Source of the DNA: Octopus bimaculoides
Taxonomy: Eukaryota
NCBI RefSeq assembly: GCF_001194135.2
Contig: NC_068988.1
Location: 29,990,139-30,054,138 of the forward strand
Length of the DNA stretch: 64,000 nt
Direction: 5' to 3'
Within the stretch, counting starts at the first letter, position 1, and each line of letters opens with the position of its first letter. The notes below the pieces were generated by a model. It ran no database searches. It had not been told where the DNA came from and was given only the letters and a program-made list of their open reading frames with translations. Below are positions 9,866 through 22,979 of this stretch, in pieces. Position numbers and translations under genes: made by a program.

Positions 9866-12203
9866 AAAAGGGTTAAACTTAAGAATTATTTCAACAGAAA
9901 TAAGGTAACAAAAGGGTTAAACTTCAGGATATCCTGTACATTTTTGTGACCAACACTTTTTCTTGATAACAATAACCAATTGATAACATTATCTATTACT
10001 ATAAGTGGCTTCCACTGTAAATAGATTGTCTTAATTGGTGTTCCTTGACTTTTCTTTCTGTATTTTCCTTTTTACAAGCTCATCCCTGCCTTTTCTCCAT
10101 CATCTCTCTCTTGAATACAACACAGTCTATTGCATAAACACTAACAGCCGCATATATATTTCCACATTAGCATTCTTAAATTCACCATTAAGGAAATAAA
10201 TCTTACAGTAACAGAGTGAATACTGATAACAAATTCTTCAGCCTAAAAACAGTTTCTCCTCTGGAATCCCCAAATTTTTCTCTTGGAATCCTGAAATTCC
10301 TCCCCAGGAGAGTATATTTCCAAAGGTTAAATATTATTTATTCTTCTATCTTCTGCTCTTTGACTCTAACTTATGAAAAGAATAAGAATTAGTAACATTA
10401 TTGTTGTTGCCAAATATTTTTTAAAACCCTGTGCTTGATCAAAAGTACAGCCTGAAAATACTGGTTTCAGGTTTTGGCAAAGGTCAGCAATTTTAAGGAA
10501 AGAGGGTTTAGCTGATTACATTGACCCCCAATGCTCAGCTAGTATTTATTTTATTGACCCCAAAATGATGAAAGGTAAAGTCAATCAACCTTGACAGAGT
10601 TTAAACTGAGACTGTTTATAAACAGGCTTCCACTCAGAAGAGGATAAGAAACATCTAGAAACTCTGTTATTTTAGATTGATGAATTCACTAATTTCCATG
10701 AAATTTGTTTTAAATAATGTCTGCCGAGGCAACCTGGAAGTGAAGTACTAAGTACTATCCTATATTCTGAAAGAACCCTAAGAAAGAGCCTTGAGACTTG
10801 TTGTCACCAAACCTGAAAATAAAATTCCTGCTAATTAAATCAACATGTACTAACTTGATGATAATAGCTGTTTGTAGGAAGATTGACATAGCTCTTCACA
10901 AAGGTAAATACACAATAAGAAGAGCGTAATGCGATATGGAATAAAATAGAGGTTGACTCTGTTTATTGAATCAAACAATATTTCGACAATATGTCTGCCT
11001 TCTTTGTGTTCAAAATAGGAAAATGGAAAATACACAGAAATACAGAAATTCAAAATTTCAACTGGAATTCATTGCATTCCTTCTGAGACAAAACAATATC
11101 AAGTTCCATTTGTTCATAAGTGGTTAAATCAGGGGGTGGGGAGGAGACAATAGGGAGAAGGAAAGAGAACAGTTAAAATCAAAGAGTTTTGTATAAACCT
11201 TGTGGAATTCTCTTCTTGTCATTTTGTTCATTATTCCAGGGTGTGAAACTAGTAAAACTCATAAACATGAACATAAATATAAATATATTTCTGAGTTACT
11301 AGTGTCACACCCTAGAGGGAGGAACAAAAGAACTGGAGAATTCCATTGGATTTATACAAAACCATTTTTGAATAACTGTTCTCTTTCCTCTTCTCTCTTT
11401 ATTTATTTAATTTTTTGGTATTTTGCCTTGTTTTAACCAGTTACAAATGAACAAAACTTGATGACACCCATGCTGTCTTGCAGAGAATGCAGGATAGGCC
11501 AGTTGGAATTTTTTAATTTCTTTATTTGATCCCGAAAAAAGATAGATAGATATACTGTTGAAATATAGCTCAGTTCAACAAACACAACCTATGTTTTATT
11601 ACATATCACCTTGCACTCTTTTAATTGAATAATAATAATAATGATAAGAAGAAGAAGAATGATAATGATAATAATAATAATAATGGAGGAATTTCAACCA
11701 TGTTTCGTGGTCTGCTACCACAACAGCTCCTATAAAGGATCCAGTTAGCTCAAGACATCATCAGGAGGAACCACGTCCGGTTTCGGCCCCTACTCCTCTA
11801 CCATTTTGACATGGCGGGGCTCCCCCCTTTCGGAGGTGTCTTCAGCTCTGGTGTTGAGTGCATGTCTTCTTTCTTCTGTTCCCTGGCCTCTTCGATGCAG
11901 CGTCAACGAGTGTCAGCGGCCGACTGACTGTCTTGTCAAATTTCCCTTTAAATACCTGCTGCTAAGCTCCAGCAGGCAGCCCCGGCAAGTTGTCATGTGA
12001 CACTGTCTAAACTTTAACTGACCAATGGGAGGGCGCGTAATCTTAGCCCACGCATTCTCTGACCGACACCGTCACCTGTCAATCAGCAAAGCCACTTCAG
12101 TGTCAGCCTGTCTCACCTAATGATGTTATTTTCTTGCCAGCATGTTATGACTTTTAAGCCATTTTTGGTCTTCCAAAGCTGTTATGATTTTTCATTTTTA
12201 CAG

Positions 12204-12653
12204 GTTACACAATCAGTATGTGGATGAGTTTCCGTAACCCTACATACAAAAGACAACTCTTCATGTCAAGTGGTGCCCATCTGGAAAATTCTCATGGAAT
12301 TGCCATGTACTATCGTAAAGGAGTTTTAGAATTTGTATTCCGCAACAAAGCTGGCTTAGAATGGACTGAGAAGAGTATGAACATTCTTCCTTACCATTGG
12401 TATCATGTGACAGCTACTTGGAGTAAATTACAAGGTTTAAAGCTCTACGTTAATGGAATCAACACACATTCAAAGTCCCAACCACCTAAACAGAAAAAGG
12501 CAGCTGATAGTTCCCCTAATTCACAACCAAGACATTTCTACATTGGATGTTCAGACACACAGTGTGCTAAGTTTGGCCAAGGTATCATTATCGTTGATGA
12601 GTTCCGGTTCTGGCCAAAATATGTTTCAACCAAACGAGAACTCAGACAACTAG
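12204..12653 (+). CDS. Exon B (C-half of pentraxin/LamG-like domain 1)
   Basis: Acceptor ttttacAG|GT and donor CTAG|GTAAGT at 12654; 450 nt, phase 1-1. Contains WYHVTATWSKLQGLKLYVNG and VDEFRFW, typical ConA-like LamG/pentraxin motifs. Confidence 0.93.
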
Positions 12654-12839
12654 GTAAGTGGTCCTTATTTTGTTCTTATTAATGTTAAATTCACAAGTTG
12701 GTTTTGTTTAGCTCTTTAAAGGAATTTTTTAAAAAATATTTGTTTGTTTTTGGCTTCACATTTAGGTTAAAATTTTATTTGGTTAATTCACAAAAATTTC
12801 TTTAACTATCACAAGGCCTATTAATTCTAAGTGCTCATG

Positions 12840-12874
<35 letters not shown>

Positions 12875-12965
12875 GCTATCTTTCTTTCTATCTATCTATC
12901 TATCTATCTCTACATGTGACTGTTTGTCTATCTATCTATACATGTGACTGTCTGTCTATCTATCT

Positions 12966-13031
<66 letters not shown>

Positions 13032-13488
13032 NNNNNNNNNNNNNNNNNNNNNNNNNNNNNNNNNNNNNNNNNNNNNNNNNNNNNNNNNNNNNNNNNNNNN
13101 NNNNNNNNNNNNNNNNNNNNNNNNNNNNNNNNNNNNNNNNNNNNNNNNNNNNNNNNNNNNNNNNNNNNNNNNNNNNNNNNNNNNNNNNNNNNNNNNNNNN
13201 NNNNNNNNNNNNNNNNNNNNNNNNNNNNNNNNNAGAGCCACGCCTGCACCTACACACACACGCACACACGCACACACAAGTAAGCACATAGGTACAGAAC
13301 AAGGTAGAAAAAAAGATGTAAAGACAATTTCTTGTTTTTCTCTGATCTTTCTTCTTGTCTTTTTCCTTCTCAATCTCATCATTACACCTGATCTCGTAAT
13401 CTTGTTTCAATGAAGGTAATTTATTATTTGAATTAAATGCTCCTTACACAGTCCCTCACCTCTACCCATCTCTTCTCTTCACACTCAG

Positions 13489-14118
13489 GAGCCATTTTCC
13501 ATTATTATTTGAATATGGATAAACAGCACAGAAACGAACTCGATGTGAAATATCTGGATGCTAAACTACATGACAATGCAATGCTCTCATTAGATTCCAA
13601 ACTTGGTAAAGCTCTACACCTTGGTGGCAAAGGAGATTATGTGTCTCTGAAACACAAAAGAGGTACTTGCCTGAAAGACACTTCCAAATGTATGTATGGT
13701 TTCATGATTTCAACATGGATTAAATTCAAGAACCTTTCTGGGAAACACTATTACATGTCAAGTGGACCGAAAGGATTCACTATATATTCCGTGGACAACG
13801 AACTCTTTGCAAAGGTAATTAATAACAACCAACTTTGGAAAGTGTGGACTGGTAATATCAAAACTGGAGAATGGTATTTCTTAGAAATATCATTTCACAT
13901 GAAGAGTGGTTTGTCTATGTACTTGAACCAGCGTCTTGTAGGTTCCCCTACAGTGTCTTCCCATAAGATTATTGGTTCCATTCAGCAGGATGAGATTTAT
14001 ATTGGTCAAAATATGGAAGCAATGTCATCAACTATGTTTCCAGAAGTTGCTATTGATGAAATGGATATTTACCTTGCCGACCGCGATACTCTCATATTTA
14101 TTGATTTCATACAACGAG
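13489..14118 (+). CDS. Exon C (complete pentraxin/LamG-like domain 2)
   Basis: Pyrimidine-rich acceptor cactcAG|GA and donor CGAG|GTAAGT at 14119; 630 nt, phase 1-1. Motifs GKALHLGG, CLKDTSKCMYGFMISTW, WYFLEISF, GLSMYLN, IDEMDIY. Confidence 0.93.
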
Positions 14119-14317
14119 GTAAGTCTCCATTATTTATCTTTTATTTTTCTAGCAATATCAATCTATTATCTGTTTGAGATGTCTTACTTTATTCATAATT
14201 GTTGTCATCACCATCACTGCTGTCATCGTCACCTTTGCTGTTGTCCTCATTTTTGGATTTTGTCTCTATTTACTTCTGTTGATTTGTCCGGTCTGTGCCA
14301 GTGACACGCCTGTGTGA

Positions 14318-14495
14318 GTGACACGTAAATAGCATCCAGTACACTCTGTAAAGTGGTTGGCATTAGGAAGGGCATCCAGCCAAGACAGATGACTGGAGCC
14401 TTGTGCAGCCTTCCAGCTTTCCGGCTCCTGTCAAACCATCCAACCCATTCCAGCTTGGAAAAAGGACGTTAGATGATGATGATGATGATGGTGAT
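14318..14495 (+). mobile_element. RTE-type 3' tail copy (intronic)
   Basis: aggaagggcatccagc...ggacgttagatgatgat. Confidence 0.75.
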
Positions 14496-14633
14496 GACAA
14501 TGACAACAATGAATGTTTTTGTTTTTTATCTATAATTCACCATTTATTTTGAGGAACAGTTCTACATTAGCTCAGTGACATGACTAGGTATTCCAGGTTT
14601 ATGTCATTTTTTAAGACTATGTATATATATACA

Positions 14634-14789
14634 CAACAGGCTTCTTTTAGTTTCTGTCTACCAAATCCACTCTCAAGGCTTTGGTTGGCCCAAGGCTATA
14701 GTAGACCACACTTGTCCAAGGTGCCATGCAGTGGAACTGAACCCAGAACCATGTGGTTGACAAGCAAGCTTCTTACCACACAGCCACTC
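14634..14789 (-). mobile_element. Family-A SINE 5' half (intronic)
   Basis: caggcttcttttagtttc...cacacagccactc. Confidence 0.7.
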
Positions 14790-15138
14790 ATATTTGACTA
14801 CATTTCTGGTATTTGTTGTAGCTGCCATCTTGTTCTATGGGAGTCGCAATGTGGTCATTCAATCCACTTGAAATAGCAGTAAAATTTCACTCAACCCATA
14901 CCTTACTATCTAAAAGAAGGCTAGGACACATTAGAGGATGTAAATGGCCCCAGTTCTCTGAAGTTACTGGATTTGTTGTGTATATAAATAGACTGGCTGC
15001 CCCTTTCTTGGGGATTAGTCAAATGATGTAGACCCCTGATGTGAACCCAATAATGTTCAAAGATCAGTTAAAGCTGCTCGTCATTTTTTTCCAATCTACA
15101 GAGAAATAATTAAAATTGCCCTGTTTGTCTATCTATTG

Positions 15139-15215
15139 CAGTGTTTCTCAACCAGTGTTCCCTGGAGCCATAGGGTTCTTCAAAAGGTTCCTAGGGGTTC
15201 CACGAGAAAGAGCGA
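15139..15215 (+). mobile_element. hAT-like terminal fragment
   Basis: CAGTGTTTCTCAACC start followed by ggttcc/agggttc subterminal motifs. No partner TIR nearby; a similar opposite end GGTTGAGAACCACTG is at 37331-37345. Confidence 0.4.
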
Positions 15216-15470
15216 GATAAGCTAATGCTAAATTCATGATTGTAATACTCTACATGCACAACGTATTATTGGTTATTGTAATATTGTAATATAGACATCA
15301 TCCTGTCTAACCTATTATGTTATCAAAAAAATATAACAACGATTGGGGATATATTTTGTGATGTCTGTAATTTATGGACACCCTATAGAACTCCTGGCTT
15401 CTTTAGTTTATTTTAAAAGTTTTTGGTGGCAGGGAAATTTTTTTTACTATATTCCAAAACAATTTTATTT

Positions 15471-15681
15471 AAAGTTAAAGAAGTGATTTTAAACTCTCAA
15501 ATGCAGGATAATGCTAATAATGTAACCTGAACAGGATAAACTACCCCTATTTTGCAGAAAAAAGTGTGGGTGGCCTGGCCACCCACACTTTTTTCTGCAA
15601 AATAGGGGTAGTTTATCCTGTTCAGGCGATATTATTAGCATTATCCTGCGTTTGAGAATTTAAGATCCCTTCTGTAACTTT
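15471..15681. repeat. 211-bp palindrome (105-bp arms, 1-nt spacer)
   Basis: Centre T15576. Inner 50-bp arms (15526-15575/15577-15626) are perfectly complementary; the outer arms have few mismatches. Confidence 0.95.
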
Positions 15682-15736
15682 CTAAGACATCTCAACACTT
15701 CTAAAAGCAAACTTCGTTTGTTTGTTTACGTTTATT

Positions 15737-15888
15737 GAGTGGTTGGCATTAGGAAGGGCATCCAGCTGCAGAAACTCTGCCAAATCAGATTGGAGCCTGG
15801 TGTTGCTGTCTGGTTTCACCAGTCCTCAGTCAAATCGTCCAACCCATGCTAGCATGGAAAGCGGACGTTAAACAACGATGATGATGAT
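15737..15888 (+). mobile_element. RTE-type 3' tail copy (intronic)
   Basis: aggaagggcatccagctgcagaaactctgcc...gcggacgttaaacaacgatgatgat. Confidence 0.8.
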
Positions 15889-16047
15889 TTCGGAATAACT
15901 ATCACCATTGTAACTATTTTTTCTCAATACTTCTTCAAGTTTTTGTGTTTTAAATTTGTAATTCCATGAAATTAATTGTTCCATTGTTTTCTAAAACAAT
16001 AACACCCAGTTATGTCTAATTGCATTTGTCTCTGTTTTACTTTACAG

Positions 16048-16698
16048 GACGCCCTAATATCTACTATTTCCCTTTTGAACGGATGGTCGGTCAAAGAATT
16101 TCACACCCTAGCATAAGAATCCAGTCATATGGTAACCCTCATCTTGTGACCCGCAAAATTGGAAAAGCAATCCAGCTGAATGGGAGATCGCAGTATATTG
16201 ATGTCAATGAACACCCACGTATGTGTTTGGGTAACTTAGATCTCTGCCCACATGGTTTCCTAATGTCAATGTGGTTGCGTCTAAACAAGACGCTCAACAA
16301 CATGGATTATTTCTCTACAGCCCTCAACGGTCTCTCTTTCAAATACATAAATGGTAAGTTCAAATTCTCACTGTCTACGTCTTCCAGGAAATGGACGGCC
16401 ATTGTTGATTCGAAAGAGATTCCAGAAGGTGAATGGCGCTTCATTGAAATTTCCTGGCATCCAACAACTGGGCTTGTGATCTATAACAACAACAGGCTTA
16501 TTGCTCTTGACAATTCTCATGGCGTCAACGCCGTCAAGAAGACAAACTACAAGTACAACACTTATGAAGACAGGTTTTACCTTGGGAAAGGAAAAGATCT
16601 GGTTGGCAACACAGTGTTTGGGGCCGTAACCTTTGATGACATCAAGTATTGGTTTGGTGACCGCAACTATTTATTGATGCATGGATATATCAAAAGAG
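16048..16698 (+). CDS. Exon D (complete pentraxin/LamG-like domain 3)
   Basis: Acceptor tttacAG|GA and donor AGAG|GTAAGG at 16699; 651 nt, phase 1-1. Motifs GKAIQLNG, CLGNLDLCPHGFLMSMW, WRFIEISWHPTTGLVIY, FDDIKYW. Confidence 0.93.
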
Positions 16699-19244
16699 GT
16701 AAGGTACCATTCTTGGATATATTCATTGTTCTTTCTCCCACTTCATCTCTCTTTCTCTCCCTCTCTCTCACCTCATATTTCATTATATGAATGTGTACAT
16801 ATGTGTATGTATGCATAGGTATGTCAATGTGTGTTTATTAGGTGAAGTGGGGGTGGTTTTGGAAAACGTCACCTTTCCAAATTATATTGAAAGCTTCTCT
16901 TTCTACAACTGCAGTCTCACCCATTCTCCCTCCTCCCCACCCTCTACCCTCTTTCTGCCCTCACAAACCATGATCAAATGGAACTACAACCAAAGCTATT
17001 ACATTCATGAATAACTCATCTTTTTTTTCTATGGCAGCCAAGGATTGAGAGAAATTTAGCTACTTTTTCTAACAGGTGACACATCCATGTTATTTAGTCC
17101 CAGGTCAGCTCATCCCTAAATCAGAAGACTTATGAGAAAAATGAAAAGGCATTCCATCTTTTGTTCAGCCTCAATGTGACCTTTTTGTTTTAACATGGTA
17201 GAATGTTATTCGAGAGAGATTTAACTGCTATTTGTAGCATTTTATATGACCACTTAGTTACTCCCTATACAGAAAGACACCAGAGTGGGTATATTATCCA
17301 CATTTTATAGTATTAAATATCCATCACGGCTGATCTTACCAAACAGTTTCGCATAAAGAATGCAACAGAGTGTTAGGTAACAATCTGATTATATGACTTT
17401 ACGCTCATCAGAGATAGCTGATATGGAAAGGAATATGGTGACTGCTCTCTATTGTCAAAGGTGGATTAGCACAACTGGTCAGTGGCTGCTGTGAGAAATA
17501 TGGTGAAATGAAAAAGGGTCCAGGGATTGGGTTAGGAGTTATGTCCTTCAGTTAGGTATGTTGTGAAGCTGGCAAGAGTTATCTTGAAGTGGGAAAAGTG
17601 TGTATTATTAATGTAATGTCCTTGCAGGGGTGGGGTGTGTGGTATGTGTAGTGGTGTCATATGTATAATTTTTGTAGGTATATATAGCTGTGTTTGTTGG
17701 TCTGTTTTTTTTTTTTTCTGTAAAGGATAAAGTTGTGGGGGGGATGGTTATATTAGCATGCGGTGAGTAATATGTGTGTTTGGGGATCTGTGTATTTGTG
17801 GGTGTGTGTGTATGTATGTACTTGACAGGTTTCCACTTGCAAGTCATTGGTTTGCCTGGGGTTATAGTAGCAGACACTTGCCATAGGTGTTGCGCACTGG
17901 GACCGAACCGAAAACCATGTATTTGCAAAGCAAACTTCTTAGTCACATAACCATAAGTTAAAGCTATACTACTACTACTACTGACTATAATTAGGACAAT
18001 AACAAACAGCATTCAATTAGTTACAACTACAAAAATAACTAGTATAATTATCATAGATTATCGCCAACACACGCACCTATCCACTTCTAATATTAAACTT
18101 ACGAAATAAAACAATAAACACATATATCGCCATCACCACTGCCACTCCCACCGTTAACACAGCTCTGACGATTTCACTTCTTTCAAGCATTTGCTTGATT
18201 TTGTTAGCTTCTTTTTAGCAGCCACATAAAAATGAGTAAATATGGAAGTTTGGACAGTAAAATCCAATCTGCAGACTTAATAGGTTGATTATGTTTTTAT
18301 GTAATACTGAAAGCAGTTTAGTCAAAATAATAACGACAACAGTGTCGACAGCTATTACAATAATGACATTAATGAGCTAACGAGGAAGTTTCTTCATTCA
18401 ATTTGTTAGAAATAACAGTCAAGTTTTTCCTATTACTGTTTTTGAAAACGAAGGACACACACATTAGACTCGTGTTTCTCATGGTGGTGGCGGCGACGGT
18501 GTCGGTGGTGGTGGTGAAGATGGAAAAGCGGGTGGACGTATATATTAAGTGGGTGTTACACATTCTAAACTTATCCGGCACCATGGTAAATAAGGAAAAA
18601 TTATATGGATGCCAACTCAATTATGTCTTCTCATTAAGAGCGGAGATGGTGGCAACGGTGGTGGTGGTGGTGGAGTGGCCAATGTTTCTCTGTTGAGAAC
18701 CACTGCTTTGTTAGACAATACAATCCACTTCCCTCCTGCTGCTGCTACTGATTTCTATTATCTGCCACAAGGGCATCAGATGAGGGGAACATTACAAGGA
18801 CAGTTTACAATTTTTGTAGGAAAGGGTTTAACAGGGAAAGAAAGGAAAACGGGTGAAATGAGATAAACATATACAGAATATATGACTACATCTATGATGC
18901 TGTCCTCCTGAGACAGAAGAGCCTCTAGCCAGGGTTAATCAAGAAACCCCCACAGATTCATGATTTCCTTGACCACGAAGGGCACAAACCCACACCCACC
19001 TGTAGTTCTCCAATCTACAGGTACATGCTTTGAGTAGCTCCATTCGCCTAATAATAAAAATGTTTCAAATTTTGGCACAGGGTCTCGTTGATTATATTGA
19101 CCCCAGTACTCAACTGGTATGTATTTTATCAACACCGAAATGATGAAAGACTGTAGTAGAAGACACTTGCCCAAAGTGCCATGTTATTGGACTGAACCCA
19201 GAACCTTGTGGTTGTGAAGCACATTTCTTAACTACACAGCTACA

Positions 19245-19296
<52 letters not shown>

Positions 19297-19298
<2 letters not shown>

Positions 19299-19808
19299 CT
19301 GTGTGGTAAGTAGCTTGCTTACCAACCACATGGTTTTGGGTTCAGTCCCACTGCGTGGCACCTTGTGCAAATGTCTTCTTCTATAGCCTCAGGCCGACCA
19401 AAGCCCTGTGAATGGATTTGGTAGATGGAAACTGAAAGAAGCCCATCGTATATATGTATATANNNNNNNNNNNNNNNNNNNNNNNNNNNNNNNNNNNNNN
19501 NNNNNNNNNNNNNNNNNNNNNNNNNNNNNNNNNNNNNNNNNNNNNNNNNNNNNNNNNNNNNNNNNNNNNNNNNNNNNNNNNNNNNNNNNNNNNNNNNNNN
19601 NNNNNNNNNNNNNNNNNNNNNNNNNNNNNNNNNNNNNNNNNNNNNNNNNNNNNNNNNTGGTGTGTTTATGTCCTGTAACTTAGCGGTTCGGCAAAAGTGA
19701 CTGATAGAATAAGTACTAGGCTTACAAAGAATAAGTCCTGAGGTTGATTTGCTCCGACTAAAGGCAGTGCTCCAGCATGGCCACAGTCAAATGACTGAAA
19801 CAAGTAAA
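19297..19808 (+). mobile_element. Family-A SINE spanning an N-gap
   Basis: Head and tail match the family; the internal microsatellite is replaced by Ns. Confidence 0.8.
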
Positions 19809-20869
19809 AAAAAAAAAAGAGTATATATATATATATAAATGTGAACTAATATGAAGTCCATAAGTATTTGCCTGACTGCATCCGGAATCCTCTCAAAGTA
19901 TTCTGTAAGTAATTCAATGGCTTGATTGAATGTTGTGATGTTAGAAAAAGAGGAAGTTCACTTTTGTGAACATCCCCACAAAGAACAAAAGACAACCACA
20001 TCTGTTCTTGTTATTTGGCACTTTGCCTGGAATTCACTTCCTGCCCCATATTTTTTCTGCAGTTGTCAGGATAGGCACTGGCATGGCCGTGTGGTTGAGA
20101 AGCTCTTTTTTTCCAGCCATGTGATCTCGGGTTCAGTCTCATTACACAGCACTTTAGACAAGTGTCTTCTACTATAACCTTGGGCTCAATAAAACTGTGT
20201 GGACTTGGTAAGTGAAAACTGAAAGAAGCCCCGTGTGTGTGTGTGTGTGTGTGTGTGCCTTGTCTTGGCATCATGGTTATAAATGAATATCATTGTCATA
20301 CAAGCGATGTTCGTTTCCAGTCTCTTGTCAACTTTTATTATATTCATTATACATATTGTTTCCAGTATAAATTAATATTACTAAGAAATATTACCGGTCC
20401 CTGGTAAAAAAAAAAAACTGCCGGTATGCCACATCAGATAGTTTGAGAAGCACTAGTCTAAGGGATATTTGGCTGCTATTTCTTGCAAATCTATCGACTG
20501 TATCATGGCTCTCTTGTTGATCCATTCTCCTCCCCCTTGTTTCTGTTGTTGCCATTTTCATTCTGGTCTCCTTTTATGTTCAAGTGTTTTGTAAAGAGGA
20601 TCAGATGTTCTCAGCCACTCCGGCTGAGATTATTTATTAAATATCCTTCAAAAGAAGGTCTAAACTAATTTCATAAGCGAGAAAGATATGAAAAGTTGCT
20701 TGAAGCACATGATCTAAAACAGATGGAATCACTAACCTGTTTCTCTGCACACCCACGTCCAGTTGTACAAACAAAACTGCTTCTACCTTGGGTGCCTGAC
20801 TTCAACAACTTTAATATTAGACAAACTGGTGAGGAGTACCCGTTAGGTAGGCAGAAAGTAGGTAAACGG

Positions 20870-21002
20870 ATAGATAGACTGGTGGGATGGATGGTTGGAG
20901 GGATAGATGGATGGATGGACAGACAGATAGATAGATGAGTAGATAGATGGTTAGATAGACAGACAGACAGACAGAAAGATAAATAGACAGACAGATAGAT
21001 AA

Positions 21003-21034
<32 letters not shown>

Positions 21035-21210
21035 GCAGATATATAGATGGATAGATAGGCAGATATATAGATAGATAGGTAGGTAGATAGATAGATAGAT
21101 ATGTAGGTAGGTAGGTAGGTAGATAGATAGATATGTTTGTTGGTAGTTATGTAGGTATATGGGTGGGTGGGTGGATAAGTACTAGGTGGGTAGATGAATA
21201 AATGGATGGA
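20870..21210. repeat. (GATA)n/(GACA)n/(GGTA)n tetranucleotide tract
   Basis: Direct inspection. Confidence 0.9.
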
Positions 21211-21819
21211 TGAAAGAATAAAATGATGACTGGGTACAAAGATATACAGATGGCTAGATTGGTTGAGAGACAAGTGGAAAGGCAGATGAATAAATGGAGG
21301 GAAACAGATTGATGAATGGATGAACAGAAAGATTAGCAGGATGGATGGAAAAATTTTAGGTTGGAAAGAAAGTCTTCTCATTTTCGACATGATCACTTGG
21401 AGGGTATTTTTCCAATACTTCAGGTAAAATAACCATGTTCTTGTGCTTTTTTGTTTTCCATCTTTCTTTGCAGATTATTTTATATCATGGTGTTTAAATT
21501 CATATCAATTTTACCCTTTTAAAAATGAATAATGAATAGGTGGATGTCTAGATTGACAAATGGGTTGGAGAAAACATAGATTAATTGATAGATAGACATA
21601 CATGGATGGTTAGATAGATAGATAGATGGACAGACAGATAGTTCGAATGATGGATGGTTGAATAGATAAATAGATAGTGATGTAGCCAGATAGAGAATAT
21701 AGATGTCTGGATGGATAGACAGAAATGATTTTAGACATACTTTTTATGCCAAAGTGAAATAAAAGATCTCATTGCTTCCAGATGTCATCACAGAAATATG
21801 ACATTTTGTATTGCCTTAT

Positions 21820-21937
21820 GTGTGTGTGTATGTGGTATGCATCTGTGTGTGTGTATGTGGTATGCATCTGTGTGTGTGTGTATGTGGTATGCATCTCTGT
21901 GTGTGTGTGTATGTGGTATGCATCTGTGTGTGTGTGT
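21820..21937. repeat. Minisatellite (GT)n-ATGTGGTATGCATCT x4
   Basis: Direct inspection. Confidence 0.85.
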
Positions 21938-22017
21938 TATATGAAATGGAAAGAAATCAACAAGTTATGCCAGGAGCTTTAGAAATCTTCTATAAAAGTA
22001 TGTTGTGTTGGGTTGTT

Positions 22018-22341
22018 GGCACGTGGCTTAGTAGTCAGGGTGTGTGACTCATTATTATGAGGTCCTAAGTTCGATACTCAACAGTGCATTCTGTCTTTAA
22101 GCAAGACATTTTTGTATCACATTGCTCCAGTCCACTCGGCTGACAAAATTGAGCTGTACCTGTAATTCAAAGGGGCTACCTTGTCACAATTCTGTGTCAC
22201 GCTGAATCTCCCTGATAACTACATTAAGGGGACATGTGGCTGTGGAAGAACCAGCCACTTGCACGCGAATTTCAGGAGCAGGCTGTTCCATTGATTGAAT
22301 CAACTGGAACCCTTATCATCATAACCAACAGAGTGCCAGTT
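22018..22341 (+). mobile_element. Family-D tRNA-derived SINE (CORE-like ttgagcaagacactt motif)
   Basis: Head ggcacgtggcttagtagtcaggg...aagttcgatactc. The body is shared with copies at ~29296, ~42195, ~46284, ~48540 and ~52437. Confidence 0.65.
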
Positions 22342-22484
22342 GGGTAATCCCAAGAATATCTCCAAAAGCAAGTCTCTTGGATTCAAAGAAAACATTTCCA
22401 AAACTTCTTTGGTCCACTAATTGAGTTGTCTCCCCTGTCACCTGCTACTCAATCACTTTGGTTAATGACACACCACTGGTAGTT

Positions 22485-22730
22485 CATCATCATCATCATC
22501 ATCGTTTAACGTCTGCCTTCCATGCTGGCATAGGTTGGACGGTTTGACTAGGGTCTGGGAAGCCAGAAGGCTGCACCAGGCTCCAGTCTGATCTGGCAGT
22601 GTTTCTACAGCTGGATTGCCCTTCCTAACGCCAACCACTCCGAGTGTAGTGGGCGCTTTTTACTTTAAACCAGCACAAGAGCCAGTAATTTGGGCCCGGC
22701 AGTGAACACATTCAGATGTTGCTTTTTACG
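22485..22730 (-). mobile_element. RTE-type 3' tail copy (intronic)
   Basis: (CAT)n-cgtttaacgtc...gcccttcctaacgccaacc. Confidence 0.75.
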
Positions 22731-22979
22731 TGTTTACACAATGCTGCTTTTAGTGAGGATTGAAACTGGAACCATCAAGTGATCTTATTTACCTGAACTA
22801 TGGCATGCACCACTCAGCCACAAAGACCATCTAAAGAACTTGCACTGTGGGTCTATCTAAATCTGGGTTTCCCTTCTCCTATTCTCTGTTTAGCAAGTTG
22901 CAGTATTTTATGTATTGTTTTTTTTTTTCAGAGAAATTATTCTTTCTTTTGTCATTTATGTTTGTATCTTTCATTACAG

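Noticed and set aside
20671-21396. 241-aa minus ORF
   Set aside because: Translation of a (GATA)n tract (YLSI repeats).
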